The notes under the pieces are model-generated. The model did not search any database. It was given only the letters and a program-made list of their open reading frames with translations, and was not told the DNA's origin. A DNA stretch of 64,000 bases from Escherichia phage AV112, in sequence record OR352942.1. One strand, written 5' to 3'. Within the stretch, counting starts at the first letter, position 1. Each line of letters begins with the position of its first letter. Positions 42,520 to 54,546 of the stretch are shown here, in pieces. Made by a program: the position numbers and the translations under genes.

Positions 42520-44775
42520 TTAAAGCTTACAAGCAGAACAATCTTCAGCTTTAGGTGTTTCTAATTCATAGTCATCTGTACCCGACCCATCACGAGTGTT
42601 ATGATAGTAGAGGTTTTTTCCGCCAAAGTACCAGAAGTAAAGCAGATCGTCAAGCATTACTGACATTGGCACTTTACCTTTCTCAAATACTGCAGGGTCA
42701 TAGTAAGTATTAGCAGAAGCAGATTGGCACACCCATTTCAACATGATAGCAACTTGGGTCAAATAAGGTTTATTACCTTTCTTAGCAAGTTTCCACGCGT
42801 AGTCGTAAAGACTCATGTTATGTTCTATATTAGGAACAACCTGACGGAAGTTGCCTTCTTTAGATTCTTTAATACTTACTGGACCGCGTGGGGGCTCAAT
42901 CCCGTTTGTAGAGTTTGATACTTGACTGCTTGACTCACAAGGCATGAGTGCAGACAACGTTGAGTTACGAATTCCATGTTCTTTGAGTTCAGCTCGAAGT
43001 TCTTCCCAGTCACAGACGTAGTTCGGGGCTGCAATTTGGTCAATCTTTTTATTGTACCAGTCGATAGGTAATTCGCCTCTAGACCATTTAGTGTCTGAAT
43101 AATACTCGCAACATCCTTTTTCTTTGGCGAGTTTGATTGAAGCTTTGATAAGGCCATATTGCAATCTCTCAAACAATTCATGAGTCAAATCGTTAGCGTC
43201 TTCATATGAAGCAAAGTTAGAAGCTAACCATGCAGCATAGTTCGTAACACCAATACCGAGGTTTCGACGCTTTTTAGCTTTTAAAGCTTCTGGAACCGGA
43301 TAATCTTGATAGTCTAACAGGTTATCAAGTGCACGTACTTGCACTTCGGCAAGTTCATTAATTTTATCTTGGTCTTGCCAATCAAATTTATCTAATACAA
43401 AAGCAGATAATGTGCATAAACCAATTTCAGCATCAGGACCATTCACATCATTAGTTGGAATAGCTATTTCACAACATAAGTTACTCTGACGAATTGGAGC
43501 TTTTTCACGAATAAACGGAGTATAGTTATTCGTATTATCAACAAACTGTGGATAAATTCGAGCAGTGCCAGAACGTTCAGTCATGAACAATTCAAAGAGT
43601 TCTAGTGCTTTGATTCTTTTCTTTCTGATTGTTGGGTCTTTTTCGGCTTTCTCATAAAGCTCACGGAATTTATCTTGATCTTCAAAGAACGAGTAGTATA
43701 GTTCGCCTGACATTTCGTGAGGGCTAAATAAAGTAATATAATCATTTTTACCAAGGCGTTCCATCATGAGGTCATTAATCTGAATTCCGTAGTCCATATG
43801 ACGAATACGGTTTTCATCCACACCTTTGTTATTTTTCAGAACTAATAGGTTCTCTACTTCTAAGTGCCACATCGGATAATACGCTGTAGCAGCACCACCA
43901 CGAATACCACCTTGAGAACAAGATTTTACTGCAGTTTGGAAATGTTTCCAGAATGGAATAACACCTGTATGTCGAACTTCACCCATACCGATCTTAGAAC
44001 CTTCTGCACGAAGCATACCAACGTTAATACCGATACCAGCTCGTTTAGAAATATATTCAATAATTGATGCTGAAGTTTTGTTAATAGATTTTAACGAATC
44101 ACCGGCTTCAATAACTACACAACTAGAGAACTGGCGAGTCGGAGTACGAGCGCCTGCCATAATTGGGGTTGGCAATGAAACTTGATGAGTAGAAACGGCA
44201 TCATAAAAACGAATAATATGTTTCAAACGGTCATGAGTTTCGTCTTGATGTAAGGCCATACCGATAGCCATGATAGCAAACTGTGGAGTTTCATAAATCT
44301 TCCCGGTTGTTTTATCTTTAACTAGATATTTTTCTTTAAGCTGCATAGCGCCAGCATAAGTCAGGTCAAAGTCTCTTTCATGTTTAATCTGTGAATCGAG
44401 ATAAATGATTTCTTCTGCTGAATATTGAGACAACAGCTCAGGGTCGTATTTGCCTTCATTAACACAGTAAGAAATATGGTCGATAAAAGCAGGTGGTTCA
44501 AACTGTCCGTATACATCTTTACGAAGTGCAAACATTAGCCCTTTGGCGGCGACATACTGATAATCAGGTTCTTCGACAGAAATCAAGTTAGCGGCAACTT
44601 TAATACAAATCTTCTGAATATCTTTGGTGCTCATCCCATCAACAAGATGGGTTTTAATTTCTTCGTACAATTCATATGGGTCAATTTGTGTTCCTTCACA
44701 TTGCCAAGTTAATACTTGAATAATTTTCTGTGCATCAAAATTTTGAGATACACCACTGCTCTTAGTTACTTGCAT
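42520..44775 (-). CDS. nrdA: Ribonucleotide reductase large subunit
   Basis: 751 aa; class Ia active-site motif NLCCEIAIP; C-terminal Cys pair. Confidence 0.95.
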   Translation of the reverse strand: MQVTKSSGVSQNFDAQKIIQVLTWQCEGTQIDPYELYEEIKTHLVDGMSTKDIQKICIKVAANLISVEEPDYQYVAAKGLMFALRKDVYGQFEPPAFIDHISYCVNEGKYDPELLSQYSAEEIIYLDSQIKHERDFDLTYAGAMQLKEKYLVKDKTTGKIYETPQFAIMAIGMALHQDETHDRLKHIIRFYDAVSTHQVSLPTPIMAGARTPTRQFSSCVVIEAGDSLKSINKTSASIIEYISKRAGIGINVGMLRAEGSKIGMGEVRHTGVIPFWKHFQTAVKSCSQGGIRGGAATAYYPMWHLEVENLLVLKNNKGVDENRIRHMDYGIQINDLMMERLGKNDYITLFSPHEMSGELYYSFFEDQDKFRELYEKAEKDPTIRKKRIKALELFELFMTERSGTARIYPQFVDNTNNYTPFIREKAPIRQSNLCCEIAIPTNDVNGPDAEIGLCTLSAFVLDKFDWQDQDKINELAEVQVRALDNLLDYQDYPVPEALKAKKRRNLGIGVTNYAAWLASNFASYEDANDLTHELFERLQYGLIKASIKLAKEKGCCEYYSDTKWSRGELPIDWYNKKIDQIAAPNYVCDWEELRAELKEHGIRNSTLSALMPCESSSQVSNSTNGIEPPRGPVSIKESKEGNFRQVVPNIEHNMSLYDYAWKLAKKGNKPYLTQVAIMLKWVCQSASANTYYDPAVFEKGKVPMSVMLDDLLYFWYFGGKNLYYHNTRDGSGTDDYELETPKAEDCSACKL

Positions 44776-44862
44776 ACATTCCTCAGTACAGGTTGGTAGA
44801 CATTACTCCAAACGGGATAGTATTTATCCCGTTAATTTATTATACACTTTTAAACTGAAGCG

Positions 44863-45117
44863 TTAATTATCCTCAGCAATAATTTCTTCGTATTCTTTAG
44901 GTGTCAAGACTGTGATATCGAAATAAACCAACGGTTCTTTTTCTATACCGTAACCACCACAAAATTCACGATATTCATAAATTCGTTCGTGTGAATAGCA
45001 AATAAATCGTTCACCTTTAACTGTGATTTCACTATTCGGTGAAGGGATATCCAGTTCGGTAGGATTTTTCATTTCAAAAATTGTGGTGCCATATGAATTA
45101 ATAAAACGTAAAATCAT
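44863..45117 (-). CDS. Hypothetical protein (nrdA.1-like)
   Basis: 84-aa ORF between nrdA and td. Confidence 0.55.
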   Translation of the reverse strand: MILRFINSYGTTIFEMKNPTELDIPSPNSEITVKGERFICYSHERIYEYREFCGGYGIEKEPLVYFDITVLTPKEYEEIIAEDN

Positions 45118-45118
45118 T

Positions 45119-46829
<1,711 letters not shown>

Positions 46830-46837
46830 TTTTATTT

Positions 46838-46878
46838 GATAGGACTACTATAACATAGCCCTATCTTGTTGTAAACTA
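46838..46878 (-). promoter_or_regulatory. Early-type promoter (GTTTAC -35)
   Basis: Upstream of ORF 46566-46829; 6-bp inverted repeat GATAGG/CCTATC. Confidence 0.5.
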
Positions 46879-47268
46879 CTTTTTAAAAGTTTTTTGCAAA
46901 AGTTTGATGATTTCGTCGACGTTGGTTTCATCTACGATACAATGTATTTTTGTTACACCTAAAGTTATACCTTCGTTAGTAGGTTGAGGTTTTACTAAAT
47001 CTACCTCAGTAAAGTATTTGAACTCATCATAATAAATCTCAAAATAAGTTTCAATTTCACCACCGGCAGAACATACAGTACCGTCTTCCATAGTTACACT
47101 TACTACGTTTGGCGTATCGCCATCATAATCAGGTTCCATTCCGTTTACAACAAAACTAGGCCCGTGGAGTTCAATCAATTTTAACATCTTAGCGTTATTG
47201 TGTGGTGCTTCTTGAACAAAATCGTCTTTAAACAAAGGGTTAATGATATAAGATTTTCCGATTTCCAT
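46876..47268 (-). CDS. Hypothetical protein (frd.x-region)
   Basis: 130-aa ORF with early promoter upstream. Confidence 0.55.
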   Translation of the reverse strand: MEIGKSYIINPLFKDDFVQEAPHNNAKMLKLIELHGPSFVVNGMEPDYDGDTPNVVSVTMEDGTVCSAGGEIETYFEIYYDEFKYFTEVDLVKPQPTNEGITLGVTKIHCIVDETNVDEIIKLLQKTFKK

Positions 47269-47292
47269 TTTGATTTCCTCATGTCGTTGATA

Positions 47293-47328
47293 GAACTATA
47301 ATATCACATCTAGTGAAGAAGTAAACAA
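47293..47328 (-). promoter_or_regulatory. Early-type promoter GTTTAC-N18-TATTAT
   Basis: Upstream of ORF 46876-47268. Confidence 0.6.
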
Positions 47329-47357
47329 CTTTTTTGGCAATTTACAGATACTCAAAA

Positions 47358-47375
47358 GGGAGACCGAAGTCTCCC
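47358..47375 (-). terminator. Gene 32 terminator (GGGAGAC-UUCG-GUCUCCC)
   Basis: Hairpin 6 nt after gene 32 stop, then T-run. Confidence 0.65.
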
Positions 47376-47381
47376 GATTTA

Positions 47382-48281
47382 TTATAGACCAGCTAACAGG
47401 TCATCGAGGTCGCCATCATCAGAGGATGAGGTACTCATGAAGTCATCTTCAGTTTTTGCAGAACTAAAGGCTTCCATGTCTTTATCAAAATCGTCAAGGT
47501 CAGAAGCAACTTTATCTGCAACAGAAGCTGCTGCGGCTGCTGCACCACCAAGAGCGGCAGTACCAAGAACTTGATTAAATTTAGTATTCAATTCTTCAAA
47601 CGATTTGAACTTATCTTTAGAAGTCATTTCAGAAAGGTCAACCATTTGTTCGAACAATTCTTTCTGGAAAGATTCATCATCAATGTTTGGAATCGCAGAT
47701 TGATTCAGGAATTTAGATTCGTCGTAGTTACTGAAACCAGAAACCTGTTTAACTTTCAGTACAAAGTTAGCACCTTCCCATGGGCAAGTTACATCAACAG
47801 GAGTTTCACCCATTTCAGTATCGACTGCAATCATTGCATTGATTTTGTCCCAAATCTTTTTACCAAAACGGTATTTGAATACTTTACCTTCATTGTCTGG
47901 AGCTTGTGGGTCTTTAACAACCAGGATATTAGCCCAATAAGAAGTTTTACGTTTCAGTTGAGAATATTCTGTTTTGTTTGTATTGTACAGATCATTTTTA
48001 CTAATGTACTGACATACTGGACAAGAGTCATAATCGCCGTGTGTAGATGAACAGGTTTCAATATACCATTTGCCGTTTTTCTTGAACCCGTGGTTAACAA
48101 GAATTGCAAACGGAAGTGCGTCATCTGTTTTTGCCGGCAGGAAACGAATTACCGCTTGACCATTACCGGATGCATCGAGTTTCAGCTTCCATTCACCTTT
48201 ATCTTCTGAAGAGAAACCTTTGTTACCATTCAGTTTAGCCATCTGAGCTGCGAGGTCTGCGGTACTTTTACGTTTAAACAT
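47382..48281 (-). CDS. 32: Single-stranded DNA-binding protein gp32
   Basis: 299 aa (T4 301); acidic C-terminal tail; A/U-rich leader upstream. Confidence 0.95.
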   Translation of the reverse strand: MFKRKSTADLAAQMAKLNGNKGFSSEDKGEWKLKLDASGNGQAVIRFLPAKTDDALPFAILVNHGFKKNGKWYIETCSSTHGDYDSCPVCQYISKNDLYNTNKTEYSQLKRKTSYWANILVVKDPQAPDNEGKVFKYRFGKKIWDKINAMIAVDTEMGETPVDVTCPWEGANFVLKVKQVSGFSNYDESKFLNQSAIPNIDDESFQKELFEQMVDLSEMTSKDKFKSFEELNTKFNQVLGTAALGGAAAAAASVADKVASDLDDFDKDMEAFSSAKTEDDFMSTSSSDDGDLDDLLAGL

Positions 48282-48400
48282 TTTATTTGCCTTTATTTAG
48301 ATTATTAATTAAATTTTACAGTTGGTTGCTACGACACTTATACCTCGTAGCTGGTATGTTTTATTTATACGGTAATTCTAACACACAAGAAATAAAGCTT
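48282..48400 (-). promoter_or_regulatory. Gene 32 autoregulatory translational operator (A/U-rich leader with upstream hairpin/pseudoknot-like element)
   Basis: UUAAAUUAAUAAUCUAAAUAAAGG leader before the gene 32 AUG; GCUACGA...UCGUAGC stem upstream. Confidence 0.55.
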
Positions 48401-49052
48401 AATACTTACATGATTTGATTGTTTCTATGAACAATTTCTTAGCAGCATTTCCATCGATTTGAAGTATTTTTCGATATGCCTTTAATTTGGTAGAATAATT
48501 TTGCCAGACTAAGTTATCGGTGAGTTCGTCGTGCTTATCTATAATATTCAAAAATGAGTCCAACAATAAGAAAGTCTCAAATGAAATTATATTGCTTTGT
48601 AGCAATTTGAATATGTAGCTCGACTGAACGTTGTTATTATAATCAAATATCTCTTGAAGCGCACTAACTTCAACTTTCTTACTGAAATAGTAGATGTTAC
48701 GCACGTCTTCAGCAAACGTCTCCTTGGCTTGTTTGAGACGTCCAATATATTCCCTATAGAAAACTAATGCATCAGCGTCTGATATCTCACCAATCCATGC
48801 GTCTTGGTTAGCAACTAAGTTGCTTATGAATATCAAGGTGAGTTCCTTCAATTTATATTTCTCTGATAGTTTTTCAAAGAAATATTTATCTCGGCGTTTT
48901 TGATACGCATTATCCGAAACACGCATGCACCAGTTATATTTGATTACGTCATACCGACCATTAAAATGTTGTTTGCACATCAAGTACAGTTTGTATACCG
49001 ATTTTCCGTTAATATAACGTTCTCCATCAGGAGGCATGCGTATTTTAATCAT
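48399..49052 (-). CDS. 59: Helicase loader gp59
   Basis: 217 aa; near-identical to T4 gp59 along whole length. Confidence 0.95.
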   Translation of the reverse strand: MIKIRMPPDGERYINGKSVYKLYLMCKQHFNGRYDVIKYNWCMRVSDNAYQKRRDKYFFEKLSEKYKLKELTLIFISNLVANQDAWIGEISDADALVFYREYIGRLKQAKETFAEDVRNIYYFSKKVEVSALQEIFDYNNNVQSSYIFKLLQSNIISFETFLLLDSFLNIIDKHDELTDNLVWQNYSTKLKAYRKILQIDGNAAKKLFIETIKSCKY

Positions 49053-49387
49053 AATAAGAAATCTAACGTATTAGTTTTTTCACCACGAGCAACTGATGGG
49101 CGAAGCATGTTTTCGTCAATTGCTTCGCTTGTAATTTTTTCAACAATTCCTGTAGGAATAAATTTAGCAAATTGTGTTTCTGGAATAGAATTTTCTTCTA
49201 AGAAAGCAGTTGTTGCTTCTAAATAAGACATACCAAATTGTTCAACCATGGATTCGATAATGAATCCATTTTCTTGTCGGTCAAGCAATTTAGCGATATC
49301 ATCTTTATCGTGTTTTACTGCTAATTCTTGTTCAGATAAACCGGCCTCATCAACCGGCTTAATATCACTTAGTGAAAACTGTGTCAT
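49049..49387 (-). CDS. 33: Late transcription co-activator gp33
   Basis: 112 aa as in T4; synteny 59-33-dsbA. Confidence 0.85.
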   Translation of the reverse strand: MTQFSLSDIKPVDEAGLSEQELAVKHDKDDIAKLLDRQENGFIIESMVEQFGMSYLEATTAFLEENSIPETQFAKFIPTGIVEKITSEAIDENMLRPSVARGEKTNTLDFLL

Positions 49388-49634
49388 AAAGCTCGACTAC
49401 CTCTTTGTTTTCAGCTTCAAATTGGTCACGAGCGTCTTTATGATAAAGAGCTAACAAACGATTAAACATTTTTCCATCGACGCCAAGCTCTTCTTTAGCA
49501 CGAGTACGAATGTCTTTAATCAGTTCATTATAACCAGAAATTTTAAGTTTGTTATCGGAAGCTTCCTTGACTAGTTTAGCCAGTTCTTCACCATGCACAT
49601 CTTGATTAAATTCAACTGCTTCTTTCTTAGCCAT
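49365..49634 (-). CDS. dsbA: dsDNA-binding protein DsbA
   Basis: Trimmed to ATG with GAGGTAAAC RBS giving 89 aa as in T4 DsbA. Confidence 0.75.
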   Translation of the reverse strand: MAKKEAVEFNQDVHGEELAKLVKEASDNKLKISGYNELIKDIRTRAKEELGVDGKMFNRLLALYHKDARDQFEAENKEVVELYDTVFTK

Positions 49635-49641
49635 GTTTACC

Positions 49642-50559
49642 TCAGAATTCATTAATTACACTTGTTAATTTAGAAAGACCAGATTTTACAAAGTATGAAT
49701 AAATCTTGCCTTTAGGTTGTGGTTTATATGAGTTATAATACTCTATAATGGTTGAAGCAATATTATCAGGGATATAATCAAAATCAATGAGAACCAAATT
49801 TTCTTGATACCGTTTATATTCTTCTGCACTTAATAATACTTCAGCTTGAGAACGGTCATTGGCAATTGCTTCAATAATCGTTGTTTTCATGCTCGGAGTT
49901 CGTTCACCATCAACTCTGGTAAACCAGAAGTCGCCGCGAACTCGAACAGATGCAACGCCGTCTTTACGGTCACCTTTAAGAATTTTAGTCATGCAATCAA
50001 TTTCAGCAGAACCATTCTTAATTTTAACCCATTTTTTCTGTGGTGGCGACCACTGTTTAACGTTAGGATATTTGTGTAATTGTGTAAAGTCGCCATCTGA
50101 TGCAACAATACATACCTTATGTCCAGCTAATGACAAATATTTAGTTAATACACCGATATGGTCATCCGCTTCATATTTGTCGATATCCATTACAACGTAT
50201 GGCATGTATTTCTTAATCTCATCAACAACTTGACGGAGTGCAGTAAAATATCCTTCCCAATCCCACTTTGAAGCTTCACGATCGGTTTTACGATTTTTCT
50301 TGTAATAGTAAGCAAAGTCACGACGCCAATAACCTGAAGTAGCATTATCCATACACAATACAAATTTTGTATAGCCTTGCTTACGGAACATCACTACGTT
50401 TTTACGAATTGAATTCAAGATTACATGGCGAACCATCGGAACAGTAATTTTATCACCGTCTTCAAAGTTGTTTAATGCAGCTGCTAATGCAATGTTACTA
50501 AAGTCGGCAAGTGCAATACCTTCTTTGTAATCTTCATCCAACATCATTTCTAAATCCAT
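49642..50559 (-). CDS. rnh: RNase H (5'-3' exonuclease, FEN-like)
   Basis: 305 aa as in T4; early promoter upstream. Confidence 0.9.
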   Translation of the reverse strand: MDLEMMLDEDYKEGIALADFSNIALAAALNNFEDGDKITVPMVRHVILNSIRKNVVMFRKQGYTKFVLCMDNATSGYWRRDFAYYYKKNRKTDREASKWDWEGYFTALRQVVDEIKKYMPYVVMDIDKYEADDHIGVLTKYLSLAGHKVCIVASDGDFTQLHKYPNVKQWSPPQKKWVKIKNGSAEIDCMTKILKGDRKDGVASVRVRGDFWFTRVDGERTPSMKTTIIEAIANDRSQAEVLLSAEEYKRYQENLVLIDFDYIPDNIASTIIEYYNSYKPQPKGKIYSYFVKSGLSKLTSVINEF

Positions 50560-50588
50560 ATGAACCTCTTGTTCAGTTAGTCAACTTG

Positions 50589-50623
50589 ACTATAGTAACA
50601 TACTCATTTGAAAGCGTAAACTG
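50589..50623 (-). promoter_or_regulatory. Early-type promoter GTTTAC-N18-TACTAT (rnh)
   Basis: In the rnh/gene 34 divergent region; adjacent palindrome AGTCAAcTTGACT. Confidence 0.6.
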
Positions 50624-50624
50624 G

Positions 50625-50632
50625 TATAAATA
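50625..50632 (+). promoter_or_regulatory. Late promoter TATAAATA (gene 34)
   Basis: Exact TATAAATA 31 nt upstream of start. Confidence 0.75.
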
Positions 50633-50662
50633 AGTATTATTGAAACAATAAAGGAAAAACGA

Positions 50663-53600
50663 ATGGCCGACATCAAACGTAAGTTCAGAGCCGAAGACGG
50701 TCTGGACGCCGGTGGCGACAAGATTGTTAACGTAGCATTAGCCGACCGTACAGTAGGTACTGATGGCGTAAACGTTGACTTCCTGGTACAAGAAAACACC
50801 GTTCAAGTATATGATTCTACGCGCGGATATAACAAAGGATTTGTTGTTCTTTATGACAACCGTTTATATCAAGCAATAAATGATATCGTGTCTCCTTCCG
50901 GGGCATTTAACCTTTTACAATGGCGTGCAGTTCGTACCGATGCACAATGGATAACTGTCTCTTCTGGGACTTATCAACTTTCTTCAGGTGAATCGATTTC
51001 GGTTAACACTGGTGCCGGCAATGATATGGTTTTCACATTGCCAAATGCGCCGGTTGATGGTGACACTGTTGTTTTGGCTGATATTGGTGGAAGAACCGGG
51101 ACAGTTAAAGTACAGATTAACGCGTCTGTGCAGAGTATTTTAAACTTTAGAGGTGAACAAGTTCGTACAGTTTTAATGACGCGCCCACGTTCACAACTAT
51201 TGTTTGTGTTTAGTAATCGTTTGTGGCAGATGTATATTACCGATTATGGTAAAGAATCAATCACTGTTACACCTGCGGCACCATATCAAGCACAAGCAAA
51301 TGATTTTATCGTTCGTCGTTTTACTAGTGCAGCACCAATCAACATTACACTTCCACGTAATGCTAACAATGGTGATATAATCAGCCTAGTCGATTTAGAT
51401 AGATTAAACCCACTGTATCATACAATTGTTAAAACATTTGATGATACAACGTCTATTGGTGAAGTCGGGACTCATATTGCCGAAGGCAGAAATGACTCTG
51501 ACGCGTTTTTTGTTTTTGATGCTGCAAATAGTTTATGGCGTATATGGGAAGGCGACCAGAAATCGCGTCTTCGTATTATCCGTGTGGATTCAAATATTCG
51601 TCCAAATGAAGAAGTTCTTATTTTTGGCACAAATAACGCTACAGCCGGAACTATTAATCTTACGCTGCCTTCTGGAATTTTGAGTGGTGACACCGTTAAA
51701 ATTTCAATGAACTACATGCGTAAAGGCCAAACAGTAAAAATTAAAGCTGCCGAAGGTGATACAATTGCTTCTTCTGTTGCGTTGCTTCAGTTCCCTAAAC
51801 GTTCGGAGTATCCACCTGATGCACAATGGGTCTCTGTTACTGAACTAGAATTCAATGGCACTACTTCATATGTTCCTGTATTAGAATTAGCGTATATCGA
51901 AGACACCGTTGCTGGTACGCGTTATTGGGTTGTTAAACAAAACGTCCCAACTGTAGAACGTGTCGATGCTGGAACTGATACAACTAGAGCTCGTGTAGGT
52001 GTTATTGCTCTTGCAACTCAGGCACAGGCAAATGTTGATTTTGAAAATTCTCCGGCTAAAGAAGTTGCTATTACTCCTGAAACGTTGGCAAATCGTACAG
52101 CAACTGAAGCTCGACGTGGTATCGCCAAAATTGCTACAACAGCACAAGTTAACCAGAATTCCACAGCAACATTTGTAGACGATACTATTGTTACGCCTAA
52201 AAAATTAAATGAGCGTACAGCAACTGAAACTCGTCGCGGTCTTGCTGAAATTGCTACTCAGACTGAAACCGATGCTGGTCTTGATGACACAACGATTATT
52301 ACGCCTAAGAAATTACAGGCACGTCAGGGTTCCGAAACACTATCGGGTATAGTTAAATATGTATCAACTACTTCTGCTACTCCTGCCGAAACTCGTGGGG
52401 CTGCAGGCACTAATGTTTATAATAAAACCGTAAATAATTTAACTATTTCTCCTAAAGCCCTTGACCAATATAAAGCAACTTACGCCCAACAAGGTGCAGT
52501 AATTTTAGCTATTGATAGTGAAGTAATTGCTGGACAATCTCAGTCTGGATACTCTCATGCTGTAGTAACTCCTGAAACACTACATAAGAAAACTTCTACT
52601 GATGGACGTATTGGTTTAATTGAAATTGCTACGCAAGCAGAAACTAATGCTGGGACTGATTATACACGTGCAGTAACGCCTAAGACGTTAAATGATAGGA
52701 GAGCGACGGAAGGATTATCCGGCATAGCCGAAATTGCTACGCAAGTTGAATTTGATACTGGAACTGATGATACTCGTATCTCGACTCCACTGAAAATTAA
52801 AACTCATTTTGATTCTTCTGACCGTACCAGTGTTAATTCTGATTCCGGACTTATTGAAGAAGGAACCTTGTGGAACCATTATACTCTTGATATTTCTAAA
52901 GCAAATGAAACACAACGTGGTACACTTCGCGTAGCGACCCAGGCAGAATCTAATGCAGGAACTTTAGATGATGTTCTTATTACTCCTAAAAAGCTTTTAG
53001 GGACTAAGTCCACTGAAACGTCTGAAGGTGTAATCAAGGTTGCAACCCAGTCTGAAACTGTGACTGGAACGTCAGCGAACACTGCTGTATCTCCTAAGAA
53101 TTTAAAATGGATTGTGCAGAGTGAACCAACATGGGCTGCTACTACAGCAATTCGCGGATTCGTTAAAACTTCATCCGGTTCTATTACATTCGTTGGTAAT
53201 GATACAGTCGGTTCTACACAAAACTTAGAGCTATACGAGAAAAATAGCTATGCAGTATCACCGTATGAATTAAACCGTGTATTGGCAAATTACTTGCCAT
53301 TAAAAGCAAAAGCTGCTGACGCAAATTTATTAGATGGCCTAGATTCATCTCAGTTCATTCGTAGGGACATTGCACAGACGGTTAATGGTTCACTAACCTT
53401 AACCCAACAAACGAATCTGAGTGCCCCTCTTGTATCATCTAGTACGGCTACGTTTGGTGGTTCGGTATCTGCTAATAGTACATTAACTATTTCTAATACA
53501 GGTGCTTCAACTCGCTTAATATTTGAAAAAGGTCCACAAACTGGAAACAACCCTGCTCAGGCGATGAATATCCGTGTATGGGGTAACCAATTCGCCGGCG

Positions 53601-54538
53601 GTTCTGATACATCTCGTGCTACGATATTTGAAGTTGGTGATGAAACATCTAACCACTTTTATTCACAACGGGATAACCTTGGTAATATTACTTTCAGCAT
53701 CAACGGTACAGTTCGGCCGATTAATGTTAATGCATCCGGAACATTGAATGCTAATGGTGCGGCAACATTTGGACGTTCGGTGACAGCACAGGGTGAATTT
53801 ATAACCTATAGTGCAAACGCATTCAGAGCAATTAGTGGTAATTACGGATTCTTTATTCGTAATGATGCTGTTAATACCTATTTTATGCTTACTGCATCAG
53901 GTGATCAGACTGGCGGATTTAATGGATTACGTCCTTTAGCTATTAATAATGCATCCGGCCAAGTAACGATTGGTGAAAGCTTAATCATTGCCAAAGGTGC
54001 TACTATAAATTCAGATGGTTTAACTGTTAACTCGAGAATTCGTTCTCAGGGCACTAAAACCGCTGATTTATACACCCGTGCACCGACATCTGATACTGTA
54101 GGATTCTGGTCAATTGACATTAATGATTCAGCTACTTATAACCAATTCCCGGGTTATTTTAAAATGGTTGAAAAAACTAATGAAGTGACTGGGCTTCCAT
54201 ACTTAGAACGTGGCGAAGAAGTTAAATCTCCTGGTACATTGACTCAGTTTGGTAATACACTTGATTCACTTTACCAAGATTGGATTACTTATCCAACAAC
54301 TCCAGAAGCACGTACAACCCGTTGGACACGTACATGGCAGAAAACTAAAAATTCTTGGTCGAGTTTTGTTCAGGTATTTGATGGCGGAAACCCTCCTCAA
54401 CCTTCTGATATTGGCGCTTTACCTTCTGATAATGCAACAATCGGAAACTTGACAATAAGGGATTTCTTAAGGATTGGTAATGTTCGCATTATTCCAGACC
54501 CTGTGAATAAAACTGTTAAATTTGAGTGGATTGAATAA
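50663..54538 (+). CDS. 34: Long tail fibre proximal subunit gp34
   Basis: 1291 aa (T4 1289); late promoter upstream; internal ~38-aa repeats; synteny. Confidence 0.95.
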   Translation: MADIKRKFRAEDGLDAGGDKIVNVALADRTVGTDGVNVDFLVQENTVQVYDSTRGYNKGFVVLYDNRLYQAINDIVSPSGAFNLLQWRAVRTDAQWITVSSGTYQLSSGESISVNTGAGNDMVFTLPNAPVDGDTVVLADIGGRTGTVKVQINASVQSILNFRGEQVRTVLMTRPRSQLLFVFSNRLWQMYITDYGKESITVTPAAPYQAQANDFIVRRFTSAAPINITLPRNANNGDIISLVDLDRLNPLYHTIVKTFDDTTSIGEVGTHIAEGRNDSDAFFVFDAANSLWRIWEGDQKSRLRIIRVDSNIRPNEEVLIFGTNNATAGTINLTLPSGILSGDTVKISMNYMRKGQTVKIKAAEGDTIASSVALLQFPKRSEYPPDAQWVSVTELEFNGTTSYVPVLELAYIEDTVAGTRYWVVKQNVPTVERVDAGTDTTRARVGVIALATQAQANVDFENSPAKEVAITPETLANRTATEARRGIAKIATTAQVNQNSTATFVDDTIVTPKKLNERTATETRRGLAEIATQTETDAGLDDTTIITPKKLQARQGSETLSGIVKYVSTTSATPAETRGAAGTNVYNKTVNNLTISPKALDQYKATYAQQGAVILAIDSEVIAGQSQSGYSHAVVTPETLHKKTSTDGRIGLIEIATQAETNAGTDYTRAVTPKTLNDRRATEGLSGIAEIATQVEFDTGTDDTRISTPLKIKTHFDSSDRTSVNSDSGLIEEGTLWNHYTLDISKANETQRGTLRVATQAESNAGTLDDVLITPKKLLGTKSTETSEGVIKVATQSETVTGTSANTAVSPKNLKWIVQSEPTWAATTAIRGFVKTSSGSITFVGNDTVGSTQNLELYEKNSYAVSPYELNRVLANYLPLKAKAADANLLDGLDSSQFIRRDIAQTVNGSLTLTQQTNLSAPLVSSSTATFGGSVSANSTLTISNTGASTRLIFEKGPQTGNNPAQAMNIRVWGNQFAGGSDTSRATIFEVGDETSNHFYSQRDNLGNITFSINGTVRPINVNASGTLNANGAATFGRSVTAQGEFITYSANAFRAISGNYGFFIRNDAVNTYFMLTASGDQTGGFNGLRPLAINNASGQVTIGESLIIAKGATINSDGLTVNSRIRSQGTKTADLYTRAPTSDTVGFWSIDINDSATYNQFPGYFKMVEKTNEVTGLPYLERGEEVKSPGTLTQFGNTLDSLYQDWITYPTTPEARTTRWTRTWQKTKNSWSSFVQVFDGGNPPQPSDIGALPSDNATIGNLTIRDFLRIGNVRIIPDPVNKTVKFEWIE

Positions 54539-54546
54539 GAGGTATT

